Made by a program: the position numbers and the translations under genes. From the NCBI GenBank assembly GCA_030867685.1, contig JAQOWU010000008.1, positions 868,001 through 932,000 of the forward strand: a stretch of DNA of 64,000 nt. Direction: 5' to 3'. Positions 55,651 to 64,000 of this stretch are shown here, in pieces. How positions within the stretch are numbered: the stretch's first letter is position 1; every line of letters starts with the position of its first letter. The stretch comes from Wickerhamiella versatilis (taxonomy: Eukaryota). Under the pieces are notes generated by a model. The model saw only the letters and a list, made by a program, of their open reading frames with translations, had not been told where the DNA came from and searched no databases.

Positions 55651-56010
55651 GAACGTGGCTTGTATGATCTAATCTGACAATACACAGCATGTCAGGCTAG
55701 GTGTGTAACGAGACGTACGCGATTAATGCATTAGAATGGATGCCATCTACAAATACTATAAAAAAAATCACCGAAGTTTTATGTCGAGCAAGATGGTCGT
55801 ATATTAAACAGGTTATATCACTAATGACTGGACGAAGTAACCTGGGCTGGAACTTCTGAATACAATATACAATAACCACATACCCCAGTAAAATCACGTC
55901 AAAAGAAAAAAACAAAGAAACAATTCTACGCCTGGAAATGTGAATATGACAATTAATCAAACACCTCTCATGAAGCTCATTACTAATAGGTCAATTTCAT
56001 AGAGGTGAAA

Positions 56011-56487
56011 ATGTCTCTGGTCAATCTGGGGTATGTTTGCTGTCATCTCCAGAATGTGACACGGGTCAAGAAACCACTTACATCTATTCCTATGTCACGA
56101 CTGCATCTCCAGATTGCCCTAGGGCTGTATAAGGAGGGGTTTTTGGCAAACGTGCAGCGTGGTGATTTATCTGGTCCTGACCAAGCCTATGTGCCCACTA
56201 CCTTTGATAATATCTCAACTCGAAGGCTGTGGCTGAGTTTGAAATACCGTAACTTCAAGCCAGTGCTAAGCCGATTACGTCTGGTGAGCCACCCGAACCG
56301 GCGAGTTTTTGCCCGGTACCAGGACCTCTCTGGCCTGTGTGCAGGGCGTCCATTTGGTAAAATACAGCCTTTGGCATTGGGTGAAGTTATGTTCATCCGC
56401 ACAAAGGATGATAAGAAGTCGGTTTATGAGGTTCATGATGCCGTAAAGAGACGGCTTGATGGTGAAATACTGTGCCGCGCAAGTTAA
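56011..56487 (+). CDS. MRPS8: Mitochondrial ribosomal protein S8
   Basis: MSLVNLGYVCCHLQN, NISTRRLWLSLKY, GEILCRAS. Confidence 0.93.
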   Translation: MSLVNLGYVCCHLQNVTRVKKPLTSIPMSRLHLQIALGLYKEGFLANVQRGDLSGPDQAYVPTTFDNISTRRLWLSLKYRNFKPVLSRLRLVSHPNRRVFARYQDLSGLCAGRPFGKIQPLALGEVMFIRTKDDKKSVYEVHDAVKRRLDGEILCRAS

Positions 56488-56540
56488 ACGAGGGGATGCG
56501 CAGGCCGTTCTCCTTCATGTATATACTAGTTTTATGCTAT

Positions 56541-57236
56541 CTAGAGAGTCACTTGTGGCCCTAATCCAATCAGACGCCAGTCCCGTAGATCCAGTTGCCA
56601 GCCTTGCCATTTTTTCATCTCGTCTGCTGTGGAGCCAATTTTTGACTTTTCAGCATATAGATCATCTGCAACTATCGACTTACTCCTCCCATGACGCCTA
56701 TTTGAAGGCAGGGGGGAGAGAGATAGTTCCCTAGATGCAGAGCCGCGGAGAAGCATATTCTCACTTTCAAGAGATTTAATCCTGTTGGTAAGGCTCTCGA
56801 CCTTTAGCCGCAGATCTTCATTTTCTTGCTTTAGGTCCGCTATCTCGCTAGCAGTTGTTTCATTATTCGGGGTTGGCGCCGCGCGGCCTTGGTCTGTCTT
56901 CTCAAGTTCTTCATCTTCGTTAGTTTCAGCTGGAGCCGAGTGATGCTCTTCCTCTAAAGGAACCTCTGCCTCATCATTCTTAGACTCTTCACCACTAGGC
57001 TTCGGATTCGCTACCTTTTCCGGAGCAGCCTGTTCTTCCTGTGTCGATTCATTTGGGTTGGCGACATCGTCCTGCTTCGACTCCTGCTTCGACTCCTCCC
57101 CCTCCGGCTTGGCATCCTCAATTGGCGTTGCATCACGACTGGAACTGGTATTAGCAGCTGCCTTACGCTCTTTTTTTAGCTTGGCATATCGCTTTTTGGC
57201 TGCTTTAAGCTGAGCCTCTTTAGAGTCACTCGTCAT
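56541..57236 (-). CDS. BUG1: Bug1-like cis-Golgi coiled-coil tether (Grh1 partner)
   Basis: Basic N-terminal AAKKRYAKLKK, acidic linker, coiled coil. C-terminal KWQGWQLDLRDWRLIGLGP resembles Bug1 WxxWNVDMTxWRSIGSGP (recalled). ATG at 57236. Confidence 0.7.
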   Translation of the reverse strand: MTSDSKEAQLKAAKKRYAKLKKERKAAANTSSSRDATPIEDAKPEGEESKQESKQDDVANPNESTQEEQAAPEKVANPKPSGEESKNDEAEVPLEEEHHSAPAETNEDEELEKTDQGRAAPTPNNETTASEIADLKQENEDLRLKVESLTNRIKSLESENMLLRGSASRELSLSPLPSNRRHGRSKSIVADDLYAEKSKIGSTADEMKKWQGWQLDLRDWRLIGLGPQVTL

Positions 57237-57310
57237 CACGCGCTTAGCACCAGGCAGGATGGATGGTTCACGTGACGTAAGCACGGATTCAATAAATTTG
57301 TCGTTTGTTC

Positions 57311-57490
57311 ATGACGCGAGGAAACCAGAGAGAGCTTGCACGACAGAAAAATTTGAAGAAGCAAGCACAACAGAAGAAGCATAAGGAAGAGGGAGATCCT
57401 AAAAAGCGAATGGAGCGTGATGCGGAGATCTTGCGTGCTAAACAACGGGCAGCAGAGGAGCGTAAGGCAGCTGCAGGGGGCGCGAAATGA
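57311..57490 (+). CDS. SERF/4F5 family small protein
   Basis: MTRGNQRELARQKNLKK...MERDAEILRAKQ signature. Confidence 0.93.
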   Translation: MTRGNQRELARQKNLKKQAQQKKHKEEGDPKKRMERDAEILRAKQRAAEERKAAAGGAK

Positions 57491-57875
57491 GAGAATATGC
57501 GTACAGAACGATAATGGGTGGTAGGAACCAGATATAGGTGTGTAGGTATACTCTGTTTCAAGTTCCGGCTGCTTGGTTTGTTCGTTGATAAGACGCATGT
57601 GATACCGCGAGCGGCCAGGCTATCAATGTGCCATTATCAGTATTTCATTCTAGGCAGAAAAATAGAAAATTCGTGGAATGTGCTTTCTGTAATACCCCTG
57701 TGAGATACAATGGAGTACCATGGAACTCTATACCACGTAGAACCACTGGTTTGTCTAGTAACTCGTACAATAAATTTAGGATTAACGAAAGTATCAATTG
57801 AAAGAGTAATTTCAGTATTAGGCTCACAGCCTGAGCGTGTAGTACTTAGGATGGAATTGTCATTGCTTAGTTAGT

Positions 57876-60800
57876 ATGGATGTGCAGCTTCTTTTGCGAT
57901 GCCTAGAGATCAATTCTAAGAGTACAGCAGCAGTTCCTGAAGGACATGTAACAGTATTTGACGAGCAAATAAAGCTTGCAGACCTGGATGTCCACGAATC
58001 GATGCAAATACCGATTGATGTCGTTATAGAAGATTGTCATCTAGTGATACTAGCCCCAAGATCACTTGAGCCACCAAAACCTAAGAGAAGAAAAACAGCT
58101 GCTAAGGAAATAAGGCCTCGACTCAGAATTGCTACGATATCATTGCCAGATCAGTGTATGCATGATGCGATACTAGCTCAAGATCTCAGGCGCTGCGCAT
58201 TTCCATTGACAGTAGCTAAAGGTCCTGAAATAGTTTTCAAGGGAGCAGAGGTATTTCTGAGGTTTGGTGTGTGGTTACTATCGGATGCAGGGCCATTGCA
58301 ACCAAGCTGGTTAGCTACCCAGGCCGTCCCGAGGCTACTATCTCGCGTCTGCGAGGACGACACACTCATAGACCCTCAAAAGGATATGGCACATCCAGTT
58401 GAATTATTTGATATAATAAGTACACCAAAAGCTTCAGGAAGTACCCCTAATGTCAGCCCTCGCGGCTTGCTCACGCCCCTTATGCCCTTTCAGAAAGATA
58501 CTTTAAAGTGGTGTCTAAGAAAAGAAGGTCAAGACCTAGACGATGAAGGTAGAGTCGTGCCATTGGACCCAGAGATGAGAGATTTAGTCATTTCACCGCC
58601 CTTAGGATGGAGAAAGTTACCAGACCATGACATATGGATTAATCCTTACGCGCTGCAAACAATTAGTACAGAGCCACGGCATAAACCTCTAGCCGAGGGT
58701 AGTGAATATCATGGTAAAGGGCTGTTAGCAGAAGAAATGGGGCTAGGAAAAACTCTGGAGATGATCGCATTAATGATGCTCCACCCCAGGCCACATAGTA
58801 CAGAAAAATTAATTAAGGCCACACTGGTAATTGTACCTCCAGCAATCCTGACCCAGTGGGAGAATGAGTTGGCAACACACTCCCCAAATTTACGTGTTTT
58901 TGTATACCCAGGTCGGCAGAATTTAGACGGTGCCATCCAATTGAGCGACTACGACGCTGTTTTGGTATCCTATCCAGTAATAGCATCAGAGGTATATAGT
59001 GCACAGTTCGACCCGGGAAAACGTAATACTCGATTCTGGAGGCAACGAACAGATATCGATTGTTTACGTTCACCACTGGTACAGGTTGAATGGTGGCGGG
59101 TTGTCTTGGACGAGGTACAAATGATTCACACGGGCGTAAATAATGCTGCAAAAGTGGCGAGGCTGGTTCCACGAGTCCATGCATGGGGTGTCACAGGAAC
59201 TCCCGTCAAGAACACAATCAGTGATCTTAGGGGATTGCTTTTTTTCCTTGATGTACACCCTTTTGTAGAGCTGGCATGCTTGAACCGCATGCTTGCCAGC
59301 CCCATTGACTTCCGCTTTACTATGTCACAATTAAGTATTCGACACACAAAGCCTCAGGTCGCATCACAGCTCAACTTACCACCCCAGCGAAGACAACTTG
59401 TATCTTTACAATTCAGCGAAATAGAGCGGCATCATTACGATACCCTATACCAGCAATTCAAGGGCAGATCAAAACAACCTCCCACCGATGGCGCAAGTAA
59501 TCGATTAAGCTCATGGTTATTACGGCTAAGACAAGCATGTTGCCATGCCTCATTAGTCCAGAGTCATCGGGATGCTAGCGCCCCTGTATTGACAATAGAG
59601 CAGGTTCAGGCCAAACTTGTCGATGATGCTGAAGATGTGGTTTATAGCAAATTGAGACATCGAATGACGAGCCAGCTAGAGCTTGGCCAACTATTGGACA
59701 GAGTCGATAGATTGTCTGATGCTATAGAGCTTTGGGAGAATCTCGTTCGTGAAATCAAGCAACAATTGGAGATGCACGAACAGCGGCTCAAGTTACTTGG
59801 TGACGATTCAGCAGTGAGACATGAATTTTTAGATAAATTATTGAACGAAGAGGAGGAATTGGCAACCTCAGACCCGGAAAGTCCTGCCCTTCGAACAATA
59901 GGTGTTCGAGTTTTAGAGGCTTCGCATGCTGCAAATTACGCTAATAGCCGAGTAAGTGGTTCGCGGCGGAGAATTCGGTCTCTACAAGAACTACTTCATC
60001 GCACATTTTTTTTTATAGGCACTGGGTATTATCGTATGAACGAAAGACTGGAGGCCCAAGGTGAGGCTCCTGTTAAACATCATCAAGAAAAAGAGGCAGA
60101 ATATTATGGCTTGGCTGATGATCTGCGAGCAGAAATATTGGCTGAAGCCGCAGAGCGCGTAGAGCAAGAACGTCGTAAAATGCTCGCCCCGGATATTCAT
60201 TACATCAAGAATGTCAAGGAAATCCCACAACAGGCCTCAGTTCTAAACGCTATTGCGGACTTCATGAGCGGCATGGATATAGAACTGCATAAAATCTTGT
60301 CTCTCCCACTTCTTGAAATGGATGCCGATCGTGACGTTTATGCTGACTCTCTTAATGTTCAAGAACGGGCTCATGAGCTCCTCGACGTATTGCAGCTTGT
60401 CCTCAAAGATCGATCTAAAGCCGCGCAAGGTGGTTCCTCCCCTGCAAATCCGAAAGAAGAGAAACGCAAATGGTCAGATTCGTATAGAGAAATGCTTGAA
60501 CGTCGTTCAGCGTTTCAGGCCGTAGTTCATGAAATGCCTTCAATATCAGAGGTTATTCGCAGATTTGGTGGTAACGTGGAAAGCGACCTGCTGGCTTTAC
60601 GACGAGAAATCAAAGATTGGGGGCGGGAAATTGCGGCAACAAGAGATCTGCTGAACGCAAGGGTAGAATATTATCGTCAGCTTCAGATGTTGAGTGATCG
60701 CGTGGTTGATGTTGAGGTACCTCCTGATGCAGATATTCGCAAGCTCGTTCAAGACAAACGCTCTGTATTTCGTCGAGCTGAACAGGCAATTGCGGCATCA

Positions 60801-61826
60801 GAGTCAAAACTTCGCTACCTACGTTCCCTTGAACCTGTTGCTGATGTCCGATCTGGGTCCGTGAAGCCAGAATCTGCGGAAGATAACGACGAAGATCTTT
60901 GTCCGATTTGCCAGGATACATATATAATGGGGTCGCTTACAGTCTGCGGACACAAATTCTGTACCGCTTGCATAACAAGGTGGTGGGCCGTGAGACACAC
61001 ATGCCCACTCTGCAAGAGGAAATTAGCAGCTGGCGACATGTTCAAATTTCGCAAGGGTGGTGATACAGGCCTTCTCCAGGGACAAGCCACAGTAGAAGTC
61101 CATGATTTGAGTAATGAGATTTACACCCAGATACCCAACACTTTGTACAACGAATTAATGCACCAATCGCTTGTGCGCTCCTATGGCATTAAAATTGACA
61201 CAATCGTCCGTCATGTGAAGTATTTGCGAGCACAGGACCCAACAGCTCAGGTAGTAGTATTTAGCCAGTGGGCCCCAATGCTCAAGATGCTTGATAAGGC
61301 CTTGTGGGAAAATGGATTAGGTGCAACTGGAATAGCCAATGGTGGCGCTGCGAAATTTCGTCAGGATCAGAACCTAGTATGTTTCCTTCTGCATGCCAAG
61401 TCCGAAGCTGCGGGGCTTACTCTTGTCAACGCTTGTCATGTATTCTTGTGTGAGCCGCTTATAACCACAGCATTAGAGCTGCAAGCCATCTCCCGAATTC
61501 ATCGGATCGGACAAACCCAGCCCACAACAGTATGGCTTTTTAGCGTGGAAAATTCTGTAGAACAAGCAATTCTTGAGATCACTACTCGAAGACGTGTCAG
61601 GGAGCTAGTTAATACGCAGACTAATGAAGATGCCGCAGATTCCTCAATTCTAGCTAGTTCGACAGGCAGGTTAGTGGACCGTTCAAGTGGGAGTGAGCTT
61701 ATCTCCGATAGTGATGTGAAGAAAATACTATATCACTCCTTCGACAAGGTGACGTCAAATGAATCTTCATTGGATTTAAATAACGCCACACCAGAAGGAA
61801 CACCCATTCACGAAGTAAATGCATAA
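57876..61826 (+). CDS. IRC20: SNF2-family helicase/RING E3 ligase (Irc20/SHPRH-like)
   Basis: LAEEMGLGKT, WWRVVLDEVQM, TGTP, RING CPIC...CGHKFC...CPLC, QAISRIHRIGQ. Confidence 0.9.
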   Translation: MDVQLLLRCLEINSKSTAAVPEGHVTVFDEQIKLADLDVHESMQIPIDVVIEDCHLVILAPRSLEPPKPKRRKTAAKEIRPRLRIATISLPDQCMHDAILAQDLRRCAFPLTVAKGPEIVFKGAEVFLRFGVWLLSDAGPLQPSWLATQAVPRLLSRVCEDDTLIDPQKDMAHPVELFDIISTPKASGSTPNVSPRGLLTPLMPFQKDTLKWCLRKEGQDLDDEGRVVPLDPEMRDLVISPPLGWRKLPDHDIWINPYALQTISTEPRHKPLAEGSEYHGKGLLAEEMGLGKTLEMIALMMLHPRPHSTEKLIKATLVIVPPAILTQWENELATHSPNLRVFVYPGRQNLDGAIQLSDYDAVLVSYPVIASEVYSAQFDPGKRNTRFWRQRTDIDCLRSPLVQVEWWRVVLDEVQMIHTGVNNAAKVARLVPRVHAWGVTGTPVKNTISDLRGLLFFLDVHPFVELACLNRMLASPIDFRFTMSQLSIRHTKPQVASQLNLPPQRRQLVSLQFSEIERHHYDTLYQQFKGRSKQPPTDGASNRLSSWLLRLRQACCHASLVQSHRDASAPVLTIEQVQAKLVDDAEDVVYSKLRHRMTSQLELGQLLDRVDRLSDAIELWENLVREIKQQLEMHEQRLKLLGDDSAVRHEFLDKLLNEEEELATSDPESPALRTIGVRVLEASHAANYANSRVSGSRRRIRSLQELLHRTFFFIGTGYYRMNERLEAQGEAPVKHHQEKEAEYYGLADDLRAEILAEAAERVEQERRKMLAPDIHYIKNVKEIPQQASVLNAIADFMSGMDIELHKILSLPLLEMDADRDVYADSLNVQERAHELLDVLQLVLKDRSKAAQGGSSPANPKEEKRKWSDSYREMLERRSAFQAVVHEMPSISEVIRRFGGNVESDLLALRREIKDWGREIAATRDLLNARVEYYRQLQMLSDRVVDVEVPPDADIRKLVQDKRSVFRRAEQAIAASESKLRYLRSLEPVADVRSGSVKPESAEDNDEDLCPICQDTYIMGSLTVCGHKFCTACITRWWAVRHTCPLCKRKLAAGDMFKFRKGGDTGLLQGQATVEVHDLSNEIYTQIPNTLYNELMHQSLVRSYGIKIDTIVRHVKYLRAQDPTAQVVVFSQWAPMLKMLDKALWENGLGATGIANGGAAKFRQDQNLVCFLLHAKSEAAGLTLVNACHVFLCEPLITTALELQAISRIHRIGQTQPTTVWLFSVENSVEQAILEITTRRRVRELVNTQTNEDAADSSILASSTGRLVDRSSGSELISDSDVKKILYHSFDKVTSNESSLDLNNATPEGTPIHEVNA

Positions 61827-61914
61827 CTTCTTTATAATCTTAAATTAGGGACACATCAAAAATGCTAATGATTTTGCGATTTCTTTAGTTGTCAGGCTTT
61901 CCTGTTTGCAATAA

Positions 61915-62673
61915 TTAGCGCCCCGTCCATAACCAGTAGTCTGTATCTCCTGGATATATGAATCCCTTGTCCATGAGTATAGCAATTTCTTGTCTTACAA
62001 GATCCTCAGAAGCTCTTGTCTCACGGCAAAGGTAGTCAATATGCAACCCATCCTCACTATCACTTTCTTCCAAGATAGATGCAAGACGCTTTCGCAACGG
62101 ATTATTTCCAATACTGTCAACCCATAGTTCCTCACCACCATCCTCCTGGTGCTTATCTTGAGCAGAAGCAGAAGCTTCTTCAGCAGGAGAGGCTACCTTT
62201 TGTGAGCCGATCTGTAGCTTACCTGTAAAATGTAGGTGATGTTGTAATGCCTCCATTTCATGGTATAGGATCAGATAAGGACCAGGATTTGTGTCAAATC
62301 TCCAAATATTGAGTCTTAACTGTCCCATGTACCTCCGAAGAAATGCATAAAATACCACATAGGAGCCTAAAGTGGGTTCTTCAAAGTCATCGCCTTCGTT
62401 ACGAAATACACGGCCAATGGTTGATCCAGTGGTATCCTCGAAAGTGATATCAATGCCAGTCTCATGATGATCGATCTTGCGAACTCTCGCTACTATTCGT
62501 GCGTTTTCTACCGGTGCACCATCAATAGTGATAGGTTCGTCTGTGGCGGTTCCATCCAAATTGTTGATCTGCTTGATAACAACAGCACGGAGATGAAATT
62601 GTCTTTCTGGTTGTGTTGAGCTTAAAGGGGCGCTAGCACTCGTACCTGAGAAAAAACCACCTTGGCTACTCAT
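61915..62673 (-). CDS. RFA2: Replication protein A 32-kDa subunit
   Basis: GGFFS N-terminus, LRAVVIKQI OB fold, EDTTG, C-terminal winged helix (DGLHI...GFIY). Confidence 0.85.
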   Translation of the reverse strand: MSSQGGFFSGTSASAPLSSTQPERQFHLRAVVIKQINNLDGTATDEPITIDGAPVENARIVARVRKIDHHETGIDITFEDTTGSTIGRVFRNEGDDFEEPTLGSYVVFYAFLRRYMGQLRLNIWRFDTNPGPYLILYHEMEALQHHLHFTGKLQIGSQKVASPAEEASASAQDKHQEDGGEELWVDSIGNNPLRKRLASILEESDSEDGLHIDYLCRETRASEDLVRQEIAILMDKGFIYPGDTDYWLWTGR

Positions 62674-62676
62674 TTG

Positions 62677-62690
62677 ACGCGTCGCGTTTC
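62677..62690 (-). promoter_or_regulatory. Tandem MCB-like (ACGCGT/ACGCGA) cell-cycle boxes at RFA2
   Basis: Minus strand reads GAAACGCGACGCGTCAA-ATG; RFA2 is a classic MBF target. Confidence 0.6.
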
Positions 62691-63046
62691 GATAATGTGA
62701 CTAATAAACTGATATTTACCCTAGCACCCGGCGTCTACTGCCCAGTTAGATATTATTTACGAGCCTTATATTAGAGCGGAGATCCGTGATCATGCTACTT
62801 ATCGATCTTTTATGCGTCAAACAGGAAATAAATCATATGCCGGTGCTAAGCTCGGATAAAAAACTTTTAGAGATTACGGAATGATGAATTGCTGAAATAT
62901 ATTGTTACTTACTCGAATTGGGCTAACAAAAAAAACTTTGATCGTCTTACATCGGTTTGGAATGTGCTGGACCGGGATATTCGCCCTAGCCCTTGACCGG
63001 GAGCATTGCTAATCAATCGTTCATCGTTCACGCTTCAGCAGAAACT

Positions 63047-64000
63047 ATGGATCGCACGGTGCAGGAAGAGCATGGCCCTGCATGGCTATATGACGGGCTT
63101 GGAAGTGTTTTTGGCGCAGCTTTTACCATATTCTTCCGAGAAGTACATGTGCGGGGATCTCATCATATCCCAGATAAGGGCCCAGTTATTTTTGTAGGGG
63201 CGCCCCACGCCAATCAATTTGTTGATCCAATGCTCATAATAGTCAAATGCTTAGAGGCTAAAAGCCATAGAAGGGTTTCAATTCTCATTGCCATGAAATC
63301 CTGGAGGGAATTGATCGTAGGCACATTGGCAAAATGGATGCGAGCCATTCCGGTGGATCGGGCGCAGGATAATCTGAAGCCAGGTACTGGGGAGATTTGG
63401 GGAGATGAGCATGATTCCATGCTAGTTCATGGGTCAGGTACTAAGTTCACCCGCGAGTTTAAGCCGGCGAGTCTGCTTAATATTCCAGGCTCTAATGATA
63501 TGGCTCACGTGAAAGAGATTCTCAGCGACACTGAATTAGTGCTTAGCCGTACGTTCAAAAACCCAAAGTCACTTTCTCGATTGGCCAAAGGGCCTACGAA
63601 ATTCAAGTTTGCTGACCATGTTGACAATGGTGGTGTTTTCCGCAGCGTCTTTCAACACCTTGCAGCAGGGCATTGTCTCGGTGTTTTTCCTGAGGGCGGC
63701 TCACATGATCGTACTGACCTTTTGCCCTTGAAGCCGGGCGTCGCAATCATGGCCCTCGGAACTTTGGCCGACCATCCAGATCTTGACCTGACAATTATAC
63801 CGGTAGGACTGAACTATTTCCATGCTCATAAATTCCGAAGCAGAGCTGTCATTCATTATGGTGTACCTTTTAAGGTTCCAAAAGAACTTGTTGAAGAATA
63901 CCGTGAAGGAGGAAGAGAGGGTAAAACACACTCTGCGGGTAAGCTATTATCACAAATCGCCGAGAAATTGGAAACAGTTGCGATTAATTGTCCAGATTAT
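63047..64000 (+). CDS. SCT1: Glycerol-3-phosphate acyltransferase (Sct1/Gpt2), 3' end runs off the window
   Basis: Not in the ORF track. Manual translation MDRTVQEEHGPAWLYD...FFREVHVRG...APHANQFVDP...PVDRAQD...FPEGGSHDR...GLNYFHAHKFRSR. Confidence 0.93.
   Translation, partial: MDRTVQEEHGPAWLYDGLGSVFGAAFTIFFREVHVRGSHHIPDKGPVIFVGAPHANQFVDPMLIIVKCLEAKSHRRVSILIAMKSWRELIVGTLAKWMRAIPVDRAQDNLKPGTGEIWGDEHDSMLVHGSGTKFTREFKPASLLNIPGSNDMAHVKEILSDTELVLSRTFKNPKSLSRLAKGPTKFKFADHVDNGGVFRSVFQHLAAGHCLGVFPEGGSHDRTDLLPLKPGVAIMALGTLADHPDLDLTIIPVGLNYFHAHKFRSRAVIHYGVPFKVPKELVEEYREGGREGKTHSAGKLLSQIAEKLETVAINCPDY

Overview
Eukaryotic DNA from a very compact budding yeast genome. It carries about 46 single-exon genes in 64 kb and appears to use the standard code. 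A sphingolipid C9-methyltransferase, an LMBRD2 homologue and very short intergenic spacers suggest a non-Saccharomycetaceae yeast, plausibly the Wickerhamiella/Starmerella clade (inference only). Most genes are housekeeping (BPL1, NUP85, SNU13, VMA3, DBP6, HSF1, SCY1, VMA13, DED1, GDA1, KAR4, DBP5, FRS2, MDH1, CMK, IRC20, RFA2 and others). I found no transposon, tRNA, rRNA or CRISPR. Three real genes are missing from the supplied ORF track: COA4 at the left edge, a 54-aa HOR7/DDR2-like GPI micro-protein, and SCT1/GPT2 at the right edge. The best novel candidate is a 37-nt hairpin in the SNU13 3' UTR that folds into two nested kink-turns, the motif Snu13 itself binds, pointing to autoregulation. 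Other leads are a photolyase with a remodelled active site, a BrlA-like zinc finger, a Dig1-like protein, an Aim36-type anchored UMP kinase, and promoter motifs that abut start codons. Family assignments come from recalled motifs; no database search was run.
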